Positions 47,174 through 59,825 are shown, numbered from the whole stretch's first letter. The stretch is DNA of 62,494 nt, filler included, from Sanchytrium tribonematis (GCA_018985235.1; 16 parts of 16 records of this genome joined end to end with filler, not necessarily neighbours in it), one strand, 5' to 3'. Notes: generated from the letters alone by a model not told the origin. Made by a program: numbers and translations.

Positions 47174-48568
47174 ATGAAACAAGAACAAGACAAGCATCTA
47201 TTTAAAATTAAATCCAGGATAGAGAACTTTGAATTTGCTTCTTACATTCACTTAAGTTATTTGAATCTGAGATTCAATAAGTTGGAAACTATTGAGTTTG
47301 TCATGTTTATGCCAAATTTACAATTTTTAGATGTGGGAATCAACAATATACAAAACTTAAATTTAGATCGAGGTTTTGTTAGCAATTTAAAGGTTCTGAG
47401 AATTGAGGGAAACTTGATTTACAGATTGGAAGAGTTTTTAAGGCTAAAAAGTCTTGAGCATCTTGTGGTGGAGTATCAGTCCTATACAAATCCATTGTGT
47501 AATTCTAAAGAGTATCCACATAAATTTTACAGTTTTTTAGAATTGACGAGTCTAGATGGGTTTGAGCAAAATGGCTCACTGGTAAGTAGGGAAGTCTTGT
47601 TTGGGTACAAATATTTCAAGTCCAATCTTAAACCACCCATACTTTCCTTAGACAAGGAGATAGAAACGAAATGCAATTACAGCCACTGTGGTTTCCAGGT
47701 CAGCCCTGAAAACCGCAATAAATCTATTCAATGTCAGCTAATTGATCAAAAGTCGAGGAATTTAATGTTTGAAATTCAAGAAACTAGCAAAATTCAAGCA
47801 CAACAAATTTCAAATTTAAAGAATATTAACAAAAAACTAGAGGCTGAGGCTCAAAAAATGAAAAGAGAGTTAGCAATATCTAGACAATCTTCGGAAGAAA
47901 CTTTGAACGAATACCTGACGATATCGAAGTCAATTGGCAATTTTAAAGATTCATATTTGCAAAAATTTGATCAAACGAATATTAAATTAAAAAGTGCCAC
48001 TCAGGAATTGGAAGAAAAAGATAAAAAGATTGAATCCCTGGAAACCACGATAACTTCATTAAAATTGAATATGAAAAAGTTAATAATGAACAATAAAGTT
48101 TTAAGTGAATCTAATGCTGACAAAGAACATGAAATTCAAGATTTAAATTCGGATTATTCTAAGTTGAAGACTTCTTACTACAAATTAAAAGAAGATATGG
48201 AAAAAATGGAGAATGAGGAATACTACAAAAATGAAAAAGTTCAATTTGCTAAGAAAATGGCTGAACAAATTGTTGAAGCTGCCGAGGATTCAATGACTAC
48301 TATACGGGCAAACAATATCAAATTCGCAATATTTTTTAGCTGTTCTAAGGCAATTATTACAGGTGCTATGAAATGGGCAAATCAAATAAGAAGGTACAAT
48401 AATAATTTTAGGCCATTTTCTGATCTAGACAATATTAAAAGTAAATTGAACGAAATTTGTAAGTCTACACTTGATACTTATCACAGATACAATGAAAAGA
48501 AATCAAACCTTGAATCGTGTACTTTCACTTTTGCTGAAAAGATCAAAAATGTGAAGCAAGCCTTGGAC
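47174..48568 (+). CDS. LRR + coiled-coil protein (LRRCC1/CEP97-like), 3' partial
   Basis: SDS22-like LRRs, LRRcap NPLC...LTSLDG, long coiled coil. Confidence 0.6.
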
Positions 48569-48668
48569 NNNNNNNNNNNNNNNNNNNNNNNNNNNNNNNN
48601 NNNNNNNNNNNNTTAATTAATTAANNNNNNNNNNNNNNNNNNNNNNNNNNNNNNNNNNNNNNNNNNNN

Positions 48669-50372
48669 CTATCAACAGCAGTGTTGGTATTCGCGCTTAT
48701 CAAAATTTTAAACTCATCCGCCTGCGAATGCTGTTCATCAATCGCAGTTTGAATTGTATTATATAGTAACATTATAGATATTGCGATGATGAAAGATTTT
48801 CCACACCCAAAATACCCTATATGAAATTGAGTTACCATGACAAAGAGTTACCGGCAAATCAGTGTGTTCAAAGACTGAGCGAGCAATTGTATGAACTAAG
48901 GTTTCTTGATCGAAATTTAAGTGCTTTCCAGTTTCGCAAATTATAAGTTCCAATTCAGTTTCCCAATCATATTTCCAATTTAAATTCAAATCGGAGTTGT
49001 AAAGTTTCTGGCTTAGGTAATCAAAAATTGGAAGTTGCAGATCTAGTAATTGGTCTAAAGTATTGATGACGTTAACGTCAAAATGAAATCCTAATTGCAA
49101 TGCGCAAACAGGGTATTTGCTGCTTTGGGACAGCCAATTATCCAAAACATCACTATTTTTTGTTCCAAGACTATTGATAACTATATCAGTATATTTTTGA
49201 TTTTTTCCTGGAAAAACTCGATTTGTAGCTACCACAAAAGCACAAGATTGAAAGTTTTCAGACTTTGACATTGCCCATATCTCATTTATAGAAATGGAAA
49301 GACTTTTCGGTACTCTCAATACAATCTCTGCCCCATCATTCTCGGATTTGCAATATACATAGCAATTGTTATACAAGAATTTAGAATCTTTATCTTTTTT
49401 AGATTGAGAAAGTTGATTAAATTGAAGATTGGAAGAAATAAGCACATGTTCAACTATTGCTTTTTTTAAAGATGCAAAATAATCTTCCGAATTTTTAAAT
49501 ATATCTTCTATACAATGTCGCCTACTTCTAGTTATTTTCTTATCTAAAGCTAAATCATCTAACGACTTTATCTCGAATTTGGGGCGTTTTGAAGCTTTGC
49601 TTGACTGTGGAAGATGACGTTTGGTCATTTGTTTCTGCTCTATATTACTTTCCAACAAGGAAAGCACATCTTCATTTTCTTTCTCTAATAAGGACAAGAC
49701 TTCGTTTTCAGCCTTCTCTGCCTTTAATGATACAATTTTGTTGTCATGCAACAAGATTCTTTCAGTAGCTGCATTTTTAGAATTCTTTTTAAAGGGAGTT
49801 TTAAATGGCTTAAATGGTCTTACCTCCACTTTCTTCGGGGAAGGTAGAATTTCTATTTCTTTGAATTTTTTGGGATCGTCTTCCGATTTGTACACTTGAT
49901 CAATATATACATGGTATTTAAATTTAATCGTAAATTCGCTTCCAACTTCCAAAACTTTCGATCCTATCAAATCTCGAGTAAGTTTTTTCTTTTCCTCATC
50001 ATATAAGACAATGTAGTCACCGTTGATAGATATATATCCATCAGAATAATTTTTGACTTTTTTATGTAATTGGGGAGAGTACAAAGCAACAAAATCAAAA
50101 TTGAAAGAAGCTTCATCTTGATCTATTGGCATTGGCTCAACTGCTGGTTGCCCAGGGTGATTAAATGTATCTATAAGTACCCTTTCTTCTGACCGAACAT
50201 GATAAAAACATAAATTAGCCAAATTTTCAATATCACCAGTTATTTTTCCTTCCGCAATCCAATCTCCATTCTGATCTTCTAATTTGTATTTCCCATGAGC
50301 TTTTACAGTGATGAGGCCTTCTTTCCAAACACTTCTTCCCTTTTTGGATTTAAATTGTGCCGAGTATTTCAT
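48669..50372 (-). CDS. ZGRF1: ZGRF1/Mte1-like protein (DUF2439 + SF1 helicase), 3' partial; 19-nt intron at 48817-48835
   Basis: FVALYSPQLHKKVKNYSDG (DUF2439); splicing restores Walker A LCHGYFGCGKS followed by ILISANTNTAVD. Confidence 0.8.
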
Positions 50373-50425
50373 TCGACAAAGTTTCAAATTTTAAAAGGAC
50401 TAGATTTATTTTTGTTCTGTCTAAT

Positions 50426-51374
50426 TTAAGTTTCGAGCGAGGGCTTTAAAATATTGCCACTTACAGTGATTAATCCATAAGGATTACTTTCATTTTCAAA
50501 TCCTGTAGTTTGGATGGAGAGTCCACTTACCACGGTCCCACCTGTAGCTTCTGCCAACAGTCTAAGCTCAGCCTGAGCCTCCGTATTAGAAATGCACAAT
50601 AACTCCGCAACTTTCCCAGTAAGCAAAGTGGAGTCTTTCTCTGAATATTCCTTAACGAGATGTAAAGTATGAAAATTTAAATGATCAAATTCATTTGAAG
50701 TTGAATTTGACATTAAGCATATGTTCTGATACGGAATATCTATATCCCGCTCCTTGAATATTGTTCCACTTACTGTTATAAGTACTTGATCGTGGTCGAC
50801 AACACGAAGATTGACATCAAAACCTTTTACGTAAACTTGAAATTTCTGGGTATCTGAGATGTCAAAAATACCATTTTCAACAAATGGCAAGTAGTCTGTT
50901 CGCTCCTTAAACTCTCTAAAAATTTGATCAAGAGCATTGGAAAGCTCATATTGAAGATCGTCACTGCTCAAATCTACGTATCTATGATCTTGTAAAAATT
51001 CAATAAATTGATCATTGGAGGATAGCCAGTCCGGCTTTACAGGCAGCTCTAGAGCTATGCTTTCTAAGTGCAAAATATCTAAAATGTGGCGATCGATTTT
51101 ATCATCAATTGCGACAACGTTTGAAGCGCTAGCAGAAAGAACCGCATCTAGGATCAAATTTTTAAAAAATTCAGGTGATGGGCTCATTTGGTCTTCCGAT
51201 AAAGGTGATAGTTTTTTCAAATTCACAGTATTTAAATTAGTTTGGACATCTCGAACTTCTCTTTGCTTCATTGTGTCCTCGGAGCAGTTATCAGACATCC
51301 TCCTAATTGCTTCAACCTTTTCCAAAGTCCCATCTATAGCCAAAGGCAAATTATCCATTTGAAATGATAAAGGG
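50426..51374 (-). CDS. C2CD5-like C-terminal region (YbjQ-like), 5' partial
   Basis: EAQAELR..AEATGG.VV...GLITVSGNIL resembles the C2CD5 C-terminus; the frame is open to the spacer. Confidence 0.45.
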
Positions 51375-51474
51375 NNNNNNNNNNNNNNNNNNNNNNNNNN
51401 NNNNNNNNNNNNNNNNNNTTAATTAATTAANNNNNNNNNNNNNNNNNNNNNNNNNNNNNNNNNNNNNNNNNNNN

Positions 51475-52122
51475 TCAAATCTTGATTTATTAGAAATGCC
51501 ATGGCGCCATTTTGTTGAATATTATTACTATGAAATGGATCATATATTCAAAAATATGGCACATTCTATCTATCAATTTATTTATCAGCCTAAATGGTAT
51601 GAAATACTCGTATTTGTGAATCAATTTGAATGGGAATCGGTCATAAAAGATTTAATTTGGATTGCATTTATAATTATTAGTTTACATTCAATCCAACTAG
51701 TTATCAACAAACAAATGACCATTCCGTTGATATTATTTAATTTACTAGTATTTTCTATCCCATTTCATTCCCCATTAAATCATTTCACTCATTTCAATTT
51801 TATTCATTTTATCAATCATTTGTCGTATTTATGGCAAATTAAATCATTTAACAAGTATTTATACATGATATACTTTGTAAGTATCTATTCAAGTGTCTAT
51901 ATATCCCATACAACACCAATGATTGGTACTTTTGGAATGGAAATGTTTTTAATGGGATTTGAAAATAATGATTTATTAGATGGATTAATCAGATTATTAT
52001 GGACTGTGGTGATTAAATATTGGAGTAGTCATTTCTTAATTGGGATGGCATTTCATTTTAAAGCTTATTTCACTATAGGGATGGCTATGTTGATTTGTGG
52101 TGTTTTTAGTAAATTATTGTAA
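51475..52122 (+). CDS. Hypothetical multi-pass membrane protein, probably 5' partial
   Basis: Hydrophobic ORF at the contig edge. Confidence 0.5.
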   Translation, partial: SNLDLLEMPWRHFVEYYYYEMDHIFKNMAHSIYQFIYQPKWYEILVFVNQFEWESVIKDLIWIAFIIISLHSIQLVINKQMTIPLILFNLLVFSIPFHSPLNHFTHFNFIHFINHLSYLWQIKSFNKYLYMIYFVSIYSSVYISHTTPMIGTFGMEMFLMGFENNDLLDGLIRLLWTVVIKYWSSHFLIGMAFHFKAYFTIGMAMLICGVFSKLL

Positions 52123-52139
52123 ATTCTTTTTTGAAACAA

Positions 52140-53042
52140 ATGGAGAATGAATTGGAACTACCCAAATCCAAACAATCTATTTCCTATGTTTCTAAATCAT
52201 TCTTAGCAGGTGGTATAGCGGGTAGTTGTGCGAAAACAGCTGTTGCACCACTAGATAGACTCAAAATTATATTTCAAACGACTTCTATCCAGCATACGAA
52301 TAAATATGCACAACATGTCGGTAGTTTAAGAGGTGCTTCTATTGCATTATCTAAAATATATAGAGAATATGGTGTGATTGGATTATTCAAGGGTCATTCT
52401 GCTACTTTATTGCGAATATTTCCATATGCTGCCATAAAATTCACATCGTATGAACAATTTAAATCCATTATAATGGCCAAGAAACGCACTAAATTTAGAG
52501 AATTCTTGTGTGGTAGTCTAAGTGGCATCACAAGTGTGTTTTGCACGTATCCAATAGAAGTATTACGCGTGAAATTAGCAGTGCAATTAAATCCAACTTC
52601 TTATTCTGCGACTATTAAAGACATATACACCCATCCGACACCATCACTACTTAATTTCTACAAGGGATTTCTACCGACATTACTCGGAATGATCCCATAT
52701 GCTGGATTTGCATTTTTAACCTATGAAACTTGTTTCGCAAAATCAAAAATGTATTTTGAAACACTCCCGAGTTGGATGCACTTGATCAATGGCGGTTTAA
52801 GTGGATTGGTAGCACAGACTATTTCATACCCATTAGAGATTATTAGACGTAGAATGCAAGTCTATGCAGTGAAAGATGTCAATTATTCTACTATTTATTC
52901 AACTATTTCTACGATTTATAAAGAACGTGGATGGCGTGGCTTTTATGTGAGTTTGGGATTGGGATACGTAAAAGTGATTCCAATGAGCATGGTGAGTTTT
53001 TATGTTTATGAAATGATGAAGCGTAGCCTAGACATGGAATAA
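52140..53042 (+). CDS. LEU5: Mitochondrial carrier, CoA-transporter type (Leu5/SLC25A16)
   Basis: Three Px[DE]xx[KR] signatures; AKTAVAPLDRLKI and ATLLRIFPYAAIKF. Confidence 0.85.
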   Translation: MENELELPKSKQSISYVSKSFLAGGIAGSCAKTAVAPLDRLKIIFQTTSIQHTNKYAQHVGSLRGASIALSKIYREYGVIGLFKGHSATLLRIFPYAAIKFTSYEQFKSIIMAKKRTKFREFLCGSLSGITSVFCTYPIEVLRVKLAVQLNPTSYSATIKDIYTHPTPSLLNFYKGFLPTLLGMIPYAGFAFLTYETCFAKSKMYFETLPSWMHLINGGLSGLVAQTISYPLEIIRRRMQVYAVKDVNYSTIYSTISTIYKERGWRGFYVSLGLGYVKVIPMSMVSFYVYEMMKRSLDME

Positions 53043-53054
53043 TAAATGCGATTT

Positions 53055-53375
53055 TCAAACTTGTTTGTATTTATTGAATAAATATGTAAAATAGCCATAT
53101 ACCAGACTGGCTAGCAGAATCCATTTCATGCAGTATCGAACTAATTTAATGCCTTTCCATGTTAATATGATTCCAAATCCGTATACGCAACCCATTAAAA
53201 TGATTTTGGGGTGTTCTAAAATCGAATTATAGCTGAATAAGAGCGTATTATAGCTGGCATCTTTTAATGCACCTGGTGGAAGTGACTGATAAAGTAATTT
53301 GGATGCGACTGTGATGGGATTATACCGTGCAATAAATAATACGACATCGTATGCAGAAGTTGGAATGTCAAACAT
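53055..53375 (-). CDS. Small orphan membrane protein
   Basis: C-terminal hydrophobic segments; RYNPITVAS motif. Confidence 0.5.
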   Translation of the reverse strand: MFDIPTSAYDVVLFIARYNPITVASKLLYQSLPPGALKDASYNTLLFSYNSILEHPKIILMGCVYGFGIILTWKGIKLVRYCMKWILLASLVYGYFTYLFNKYKQV

Positions 53376-53428
53376 TTTTGACGATGAAACAAGTGGCAAA
53401 TCTCTAAAAATAGATTTGAAAAGATGTT

Positions 53429-53794
53429 TTATTCAGAAATGTGCTTGACAAATGCATAAGCAGCTACTCCAATACATGCCCACCATAAAATAGTTCCAAT
53501 AATACTCATAAATGAAAATATGACTGCACCCACTGCATTTGTAAGCCAACTGGCCATTAAAGTAGCAGGATTAAATCGAATAACATTCATTAATGATGTC
53601 GTGGCAGCATTAAATGACGCAGCAGTGAATCCATTCTGTTCTATATCTTTAAATAAGTCATAAAACCATTGTAATGATAAAAATACTGGATTATTCTTGA
53701 GGAGATAGAAAAAGGCATCTGAAATAGTCGTATCATGTAATGGTTGAATAAATTGTGAGTCAATCCAATGTGAGATTGTAGAATGTCTTTCCAT
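53429..53794 (-). CDS. Small orphan membrane protein
   Basis: C-terminal hydrophobic segments; RFNPATLMAS motif. Confidence 0.55.
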   Translation of the reverse strand: MERHSTISHWIDSQFIQPLHDTTISDAFFYLLKNNPVFLSLQWFYDLFKDIEQNGFTAASFNAATTSLMNVIRFNPATLMASWLTNAVGAVIFSFMSIIGTILWWACIGVAAYAFVKHISE

Positions 53795-54268
53795 TTTGTT
53801 TTAGAGGGAAATTTATGTTTAAAAAGAAATTGAATTTTAGACAACACATTTGAATTTACTAGACCAAAAGGGAATTGGCTGAAACTACCATTTATGAATT
53901 AAAATATGCACACTGTGATGATGATTGCTGTCAGCAATTGTGCGCTCAATAGATGAATTTTGATTTTTCTCCAATTGAAACATTCTAAATTCATTCACTA
54001 GTTTATTTATTGCATTTTATATTCCATTTACACTTTAATATACCAAATTCGCTCTACATTATCATAAATTACTAAGAGATTGCATGTATCTATACCAATA
54101 ATATCCCAAAATCACTCCACAACTTACTAAATAAATGGAAGAACCAACCAAATAGAATTTAAGATTCANNNNNNNNNNNNNNNNNNNNNNNNNNNNNNNN
54201 NNNNNNNNNNNNTTAATTAATTAANNNNNNNNNNNNNNNNNNNNNNNNNNNNNNNNNNNNNNNNNNNN

Positions 54269-55880
54269 TACTAGAGTCACTTGCGTAGCAGGAAAGATTG
54301 ATTCTATTGATTGGCATGGATTAAATTTAAATGGGACATTTCAAGCTTATTTACCTTCTTCGTTGGTCTATCTCGATTTGAGCAGCAACCAATTAACTGG
54401 AAATTTGCCAGCAACTGGATATCCAGTCACGCTTCAAAGATTTAGAATTTATAGAAATCAATTTTACGGAACAATTCCTGTATTTCCAGATGGTCTTATA
54501 GAAATGCTAATTTCCAGCAACAGATTCAACAATTTTACCACTTTTCCAAAGAATTTGACAATATTGGATTTAAATTATAACAAGCTAAATCGATTTTTTC
54601 CCCAAGATCTCCCTCAAAAACTCGAAATTGCCAGGTTTCAGGGAAACAAAATTTACGGAAATGTAAGCAATTTACCAGATACACTCACTGAATTTGATAT
54701 ATGTTCGAATCAAATTGAAGGAATCGTTCCGAAATTACCATCTCGAATTGTCAATTTTAATGCCTGTCTCAACAAATTACAAGGATTGGCGTATCCCTTC
54801 CCAGATACTTTGATTTATACCAATCTAGATTATAACCAAATTGTAGCACCAGTCCTATTTCCTCCAAATATTCAAAGGTTTTTAGGAAATAATAATTTCT
54901 TTTATGGAAAATTACCTCTTCTTCCACCAACTGCATCTAGAATCACATTTGATTCTTCTAGATTGACAGGTGATATTTCTAATGTCACATTTTACCATGT
55001 TCAACCCAATTTCATTTCTCCATTAACGAGTTTACAGCTTCAAGGAAATTTGTTTACGGGTCAAATTCCACAAATACCTGCCAATTTGATAGAATTGCTA
55101 CTGCATGCCAACCAATTAACGGGGTTATTACCTGCTTTGCCATTTGGTTTAAGTACATTAACGCTTTCCAATCAGTTTTTATTTGGTACCATTTATTTGA
55201 AACAAGTCGAAGTATTAGACATTTCAAATACTTTGATCTCCAACATCACCATATTGGATACCTCAAAACTCACTTATTGTAAACTTTCAGGCACACCTAC
55301 ATTGAATAATACAAATGTGGAGAAATTGTTTCCAATTTGTGAGCATTTGAATTTATTCAAATTGACAAATGCTGAAAAAACTACAAGTCAGCTGCCATTT
55401 TCCACCATTACATCCGAGAACAGCCAATTGATCACATCCGAAATGTATTCATCTACTCAAATTTCGCTAGAAAGAAGCGAAAAACTGAATTTCAATGCAG
55501 CAAGCAGTGAATATTCTATTCCTTTAACAGCATATGAAGTGCATTCAACTCCAATTATCAGAATTTTAAAACGTGCAACGATAACTAGAGTGTCAACTCT
55601 AAACAACTCTCTAGAAATGCAATTTTCAACTACATTCTTTGAATCATCAGAAACTCAAGAAGCAACACAAATAGACCCCATCACTATTGCACAAAACACC
55701 GAACAGAATGCTAATTATTTGTTTATTGCTGGATTGTGCGTGATAGCTTTCATTGGAATTGGTTTATTACTTGTCAAATTTGTTTTAAAGAATCCAAAAA
55801 TCAGAATCAGATTAAGAAATAATGACCAAGTGACTATAGGGACTTCTGCTGATGGACCACGCAAGAAATATCACTTTTAA
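54269..55880 (+). CDS. Cys-capped LRR type I membrane protein, 5' partial
   Basis: Frame open from the contig edge (RVTCVAGKIDSIDWHGLNLNG), then many LRRs, C-cap LTYCKLS, S/T stalk, TM segment and short basic tail. Confidence 0.85.
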
Positions 55881-56020
55881 AAGATGTTAAATAAATATTT
55901 CCTGCTCAATTCTATCATGAACTTAGCTCTCGTTGCTTTCCAGAAATGTGCGCAAGAAGAAATAATAACAAAGTATATTTTGCATGTCTTGGTAAATTTG
56001 ATGATTGTGTTCAGTCATAT

Positions 56021-56952
56021 TTATTGCAAATCACTCTTGGATTTCTCTACACCATCAATATATCTAGTTTTGAAATCATCAGGATTCTCAGAAAAGTCAA
56101 CAAGACTGTTTTCACAAACATCCGGGAATTGTGTGGGATGATTCACTCGTAATTGTAAATAATACCCAAATCTCATATTCAAATTGTCAAAAGCATTGTA
56201 TTTTTTCTTGCAATATTGTAAAAATCCAGAAAGCCATACCGTTATGACAGTTGCAACATCTCTAGATACTACAGCGACACTTCTGCACAAATTGGGACTA
56301 AATATGGATAATATAGGCACAATTGATGGCTCTGCTTTGTCATACTGAATCAATCCAGAATTTTCATCGTAATTTGGGAAATAAGCAGCTTGTACGAGTT
56401 CTAAAGTGATGGGAAGTATTCTATTTGTAAACACATGCCCAAGGTTACTTAAGCATTCCATATTTGATTTATCTTCTGAAACTATGGCAGTCAAAATGGT
56501 AGAAATATCAAAATCTCCCAAGAATTCCCCTTCAAACAAAAGTGCCATCAAATTGCAGTTTTGATAGTTGTAAAAAAGAACCAATAAAAATTGTTGATGT
56601 TCTCCTAAACTCATCATTTTATGAAGTAATGGGGCCAACAAATACTTGTAATTGTCTGCCATGCCAGATCTTACATTTGTTAAATAATTCATTGGATCAA
56701 ACTCACCATTCAAGTAATTTGGGTCATATTCTGCCGATAAATAACTAATCATGGCACGACTATTGCCCATCACAAGTGTCAATTCCAATAAATGCTTCAT
56801 CCATTTTAATTTATCCTTGCAAGTTGACTGTCTTAAATAATTGACCAAATCTACAGATATGTCCCGATTCTTGAGTAGCATGGCATTAAGCATCATACAG
56901 TGAGCATTTCCCTTCAGAATAGAGAGATACTCAATGAAGTGTGACTCATCTA
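56021..56952 (-). CDS. Hypothetical protein, 5' partial
   Basis: Long frame open to the spacer. Confidence 0.55.
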
Positions 56953-57052
56953 NNNNNNNNNNNNNNNNNNNNNNNNNNNNNNNNNNNNNNNNNNNNTTAA
57001 TTAATTAANNNNNNNNNNNNNNNNNNNNNNNNNNNNNNNNNNNNNNNNNNNN

Positions 57053-59713
57053 TGCATCATTCAAAAGGAAATTTCTTTTATCTCTTGCATCTCTGGAAGA
57101 ATCATAAATCATAAAATTTTCATTGTAAATACCAGAATGTTTCGGGAATACCCAAAACTTAATATTTTCTAAACACTTGAGATGAATTGAAATTTTAAAA
57201 TTTTGAAAAATAGCGTGTTCTGTGGTAATAATTTTCTCGCAAATTTTGCAATAATTATAGCTTTTGAGACCCTTTAAACTTTTACGAGTTGTATCGAAGA
57301 AGTTTTTTATATTATCCTGAAGGTAAATATGTTTAACGCATCTTGTAAAATTATCATTCAAATCTAGGTACTGAGCCACATATCGTATGGCAGCACTGCT
57401 ATTGTTATTGTATTTGGTCAAAAATATATGTAAAATCTCTGAAAAATCGGTATATTGCCAAACAAAGTTATAAAATGCTGATATGTCATTAATTTCAACA
57501 ATTTCAAAAAGAAAACTTCTTAAAGTTGGCTTTATCGAGTTCTTTTGATAAAGCAAATGGAGCAACTGAGCAAGAAATTCGGTGTTGTTATAATAAATCG
57601 CAGCGAATTGAAGGCCGATATTTACGACATTAAAGGTACTACTTCTGTCTACAAAAAGTTGAGCGACAAGACTAAAATTAGATTTCACGATACTAGACGC
57701 AATAATTGCATCCAATGTAGAGCTATCATCATAAAGGTAATACTTATGAAGACGAATAATTTCCAATCCAAGGTTTTGAGGGCAATTTTTTGACAATGAT
57801 TTGAAATACTGTTCGAAAAATTTGTTATTATGAGATATTCCAAGATCCAGAGTATATTGGTAAAGTTCTAGTGGTAGATCTGAGTCTACAGTCCAATTAG
57901 TAATGATATTAATGCTTTTAGCCAATTGATGTAGTATAATTTTAGTCTTTTCTAAATCTAATTCAACCAATTTTGTTATATTAAGCAGAACATCTTTTCC
58001 TATATCTATGATGGGGATCAATCTTAAAAGACCATCGTGAACACCCGGCAAGTACTCAATATGATTGTAGGCTGATTGATATGCATTCTGGTTCAAATAG
58101 TACCAAAACAATGCATATTTAGGAAAATTGTCCAGATTAAGAGAGAATTGGTATTTTTGAATGATACACGACAAATTCATGCATCTTCTCTGATAGTCAT
58201 AAGTAGGATTTTTAAAGACTTCCACCATGGCAATAATAATTTTATCGGTACATACAAAATCAAATTTTAGCAGAAATTCATAAAATTCGAATAAATCAGA
58301 TTCCAGGAAAGAGTATGACTCGGAAAACGTTAGGAGGCTTTTGAAAAAAATTGAATTATTAACAACCAGCGTCTTGAATAAATGCTGGTCGAATTCATAA
58401 ATGCTAGTTAGCTTGTTTTCAATTTTATCAAAATCAAATGATTCTTTCTCTTTGGTAAAGTAGTTTGTGCCACTCAAATAGTCTTTTAAATAAGGAAATA
58501 ACAAAACATTTTTGTACGAAAGAAAAAATTGCACTGGGGTATACGGGTCATTCAAAATCCTTGTAAATATTATAGCTAAAGCAATCGGATCCTTTTTCTG
58601 TTTAAAATGACGTACCAGAAAATCCAAATTTAGACATTCTGATCTTAATTTTTTCAGCAAATTTGAATTTTCATTATGAAGAATTACTTTCAAAGCAAGA
58701 TCTTCAGGTAAACTCCCAATTTTGTCATTCAGAATTAGGTTTTCTAGAACTTCTAGAAATATTGGCCATTTTTCATCCATTTCTCCTGTAAAATCGCCTC
58801 CATCATCCGATTCAATTTTGTCAAAAAAGGTATCAAGTCCTAGAACACTGCAACATTTAAGTACACTTCGGCATAAAGTTGTTTGTGGAAATTCTTCCCA
58901 TATTAGTCCCCAAACACCATGGACACAAGATGCTGCCAAATGCCTTAGTGATTTCTGAAAACGTGTATTTAATCGAATAAGGAAGTTGTGCTCTCCACTA
59001 TATATTTTGACCAGCGAATCAAAAAACAAACAATAATTGCCCTCTAGTAAATATGAATTAAGGAATTCAGTGTATGTTTGTAAAGATAAAAGCGTTAGGC
59101 AATGGCTGTGTGTGACGAATAAATACTGATCAAAATATTGTATTGACGAATCATAATTCAATGTACGACTCCCAAGTGATTTGTTTGAATTTGGTGAGAA
59201 AATAAAATCATGGTTTTCGGTTTTAATAAAATTATGTTCAGACAAATCAAAGTAAATAAAGGAAAAATCGGTTATTAGCATGAGCAGATTGGCTGATAAT
59301 AAATCGAATTTTATAACTTGTAAACTGCATGAGAATTGATTCCGTAAAACAAATCCAGCGGAAATGTCGTAAATTAATATTAAATTGAAGTTCAATAAAA
59401 CTAGCAAAATGTTTCTGTGTACTATAATTCTGCCATGATGATATAAGTCTTGGAAATTATAAACATAATCTTTGAACTCAATGGTTTTGCTAGTCAGTAA
59501 TAAAATGCCCTTGCGCACGACTTTGCAATCTAAAATGATATTAGTCGTCTTAATCAATTTGCACATCCGGTTGTAGTGAACATAGGCTGCATTGTTCTGA
59601 TCAACTGTCACCATATGTTTACCAACTATGATTCTATTAATTTTGCATTTATGTGGATTTGGAACTGTCCAAGTTTTTATCGTTATACCTATCTCCAAGC
59701 ATATTATTTCCAT
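57053..59713 (-). CDS. VPS8: Vps8-like CORVET subunit, 3' partial
   Basis: LENLILNDKIGSLP and LNLD...ALAIIFTRILNDPYTPV match Vps8; N-terminal beta-propeller-like region; degenerate C-terminal RING (CKIC...HLKC). Confidence 0.65.
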
Positions 59714-59825
59714 TTGGCTATTAACNNNNNNNNNNNNNNNNNNNNNNNNNNNNNNNNNNNNNNNNNNNNTTAATTAATTAANNNNNNNNNNNNNNNNNNN
59801 NNNNNNNNNNNNNNNNNNNNNNNNN

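Noticed and set aside
34140..48840. Programmed frameshifting, pseudogenes or stop-codon reassignment as the cause of the split genes
   Set aside because: Every split contains a GT..AG segment with a shared consensus whose removal restores conserved motifs. TAA, TAG and TGA all end conserved genes at the expected positions.
2742..59825. TTAATTAATTAA repeated every ~2.8 kb as a biological repeat, and gene clusters spanning it
   Set aside because: It is an artificial six-frame stop linker between contigs; the spacing reflects similar contig lengths.
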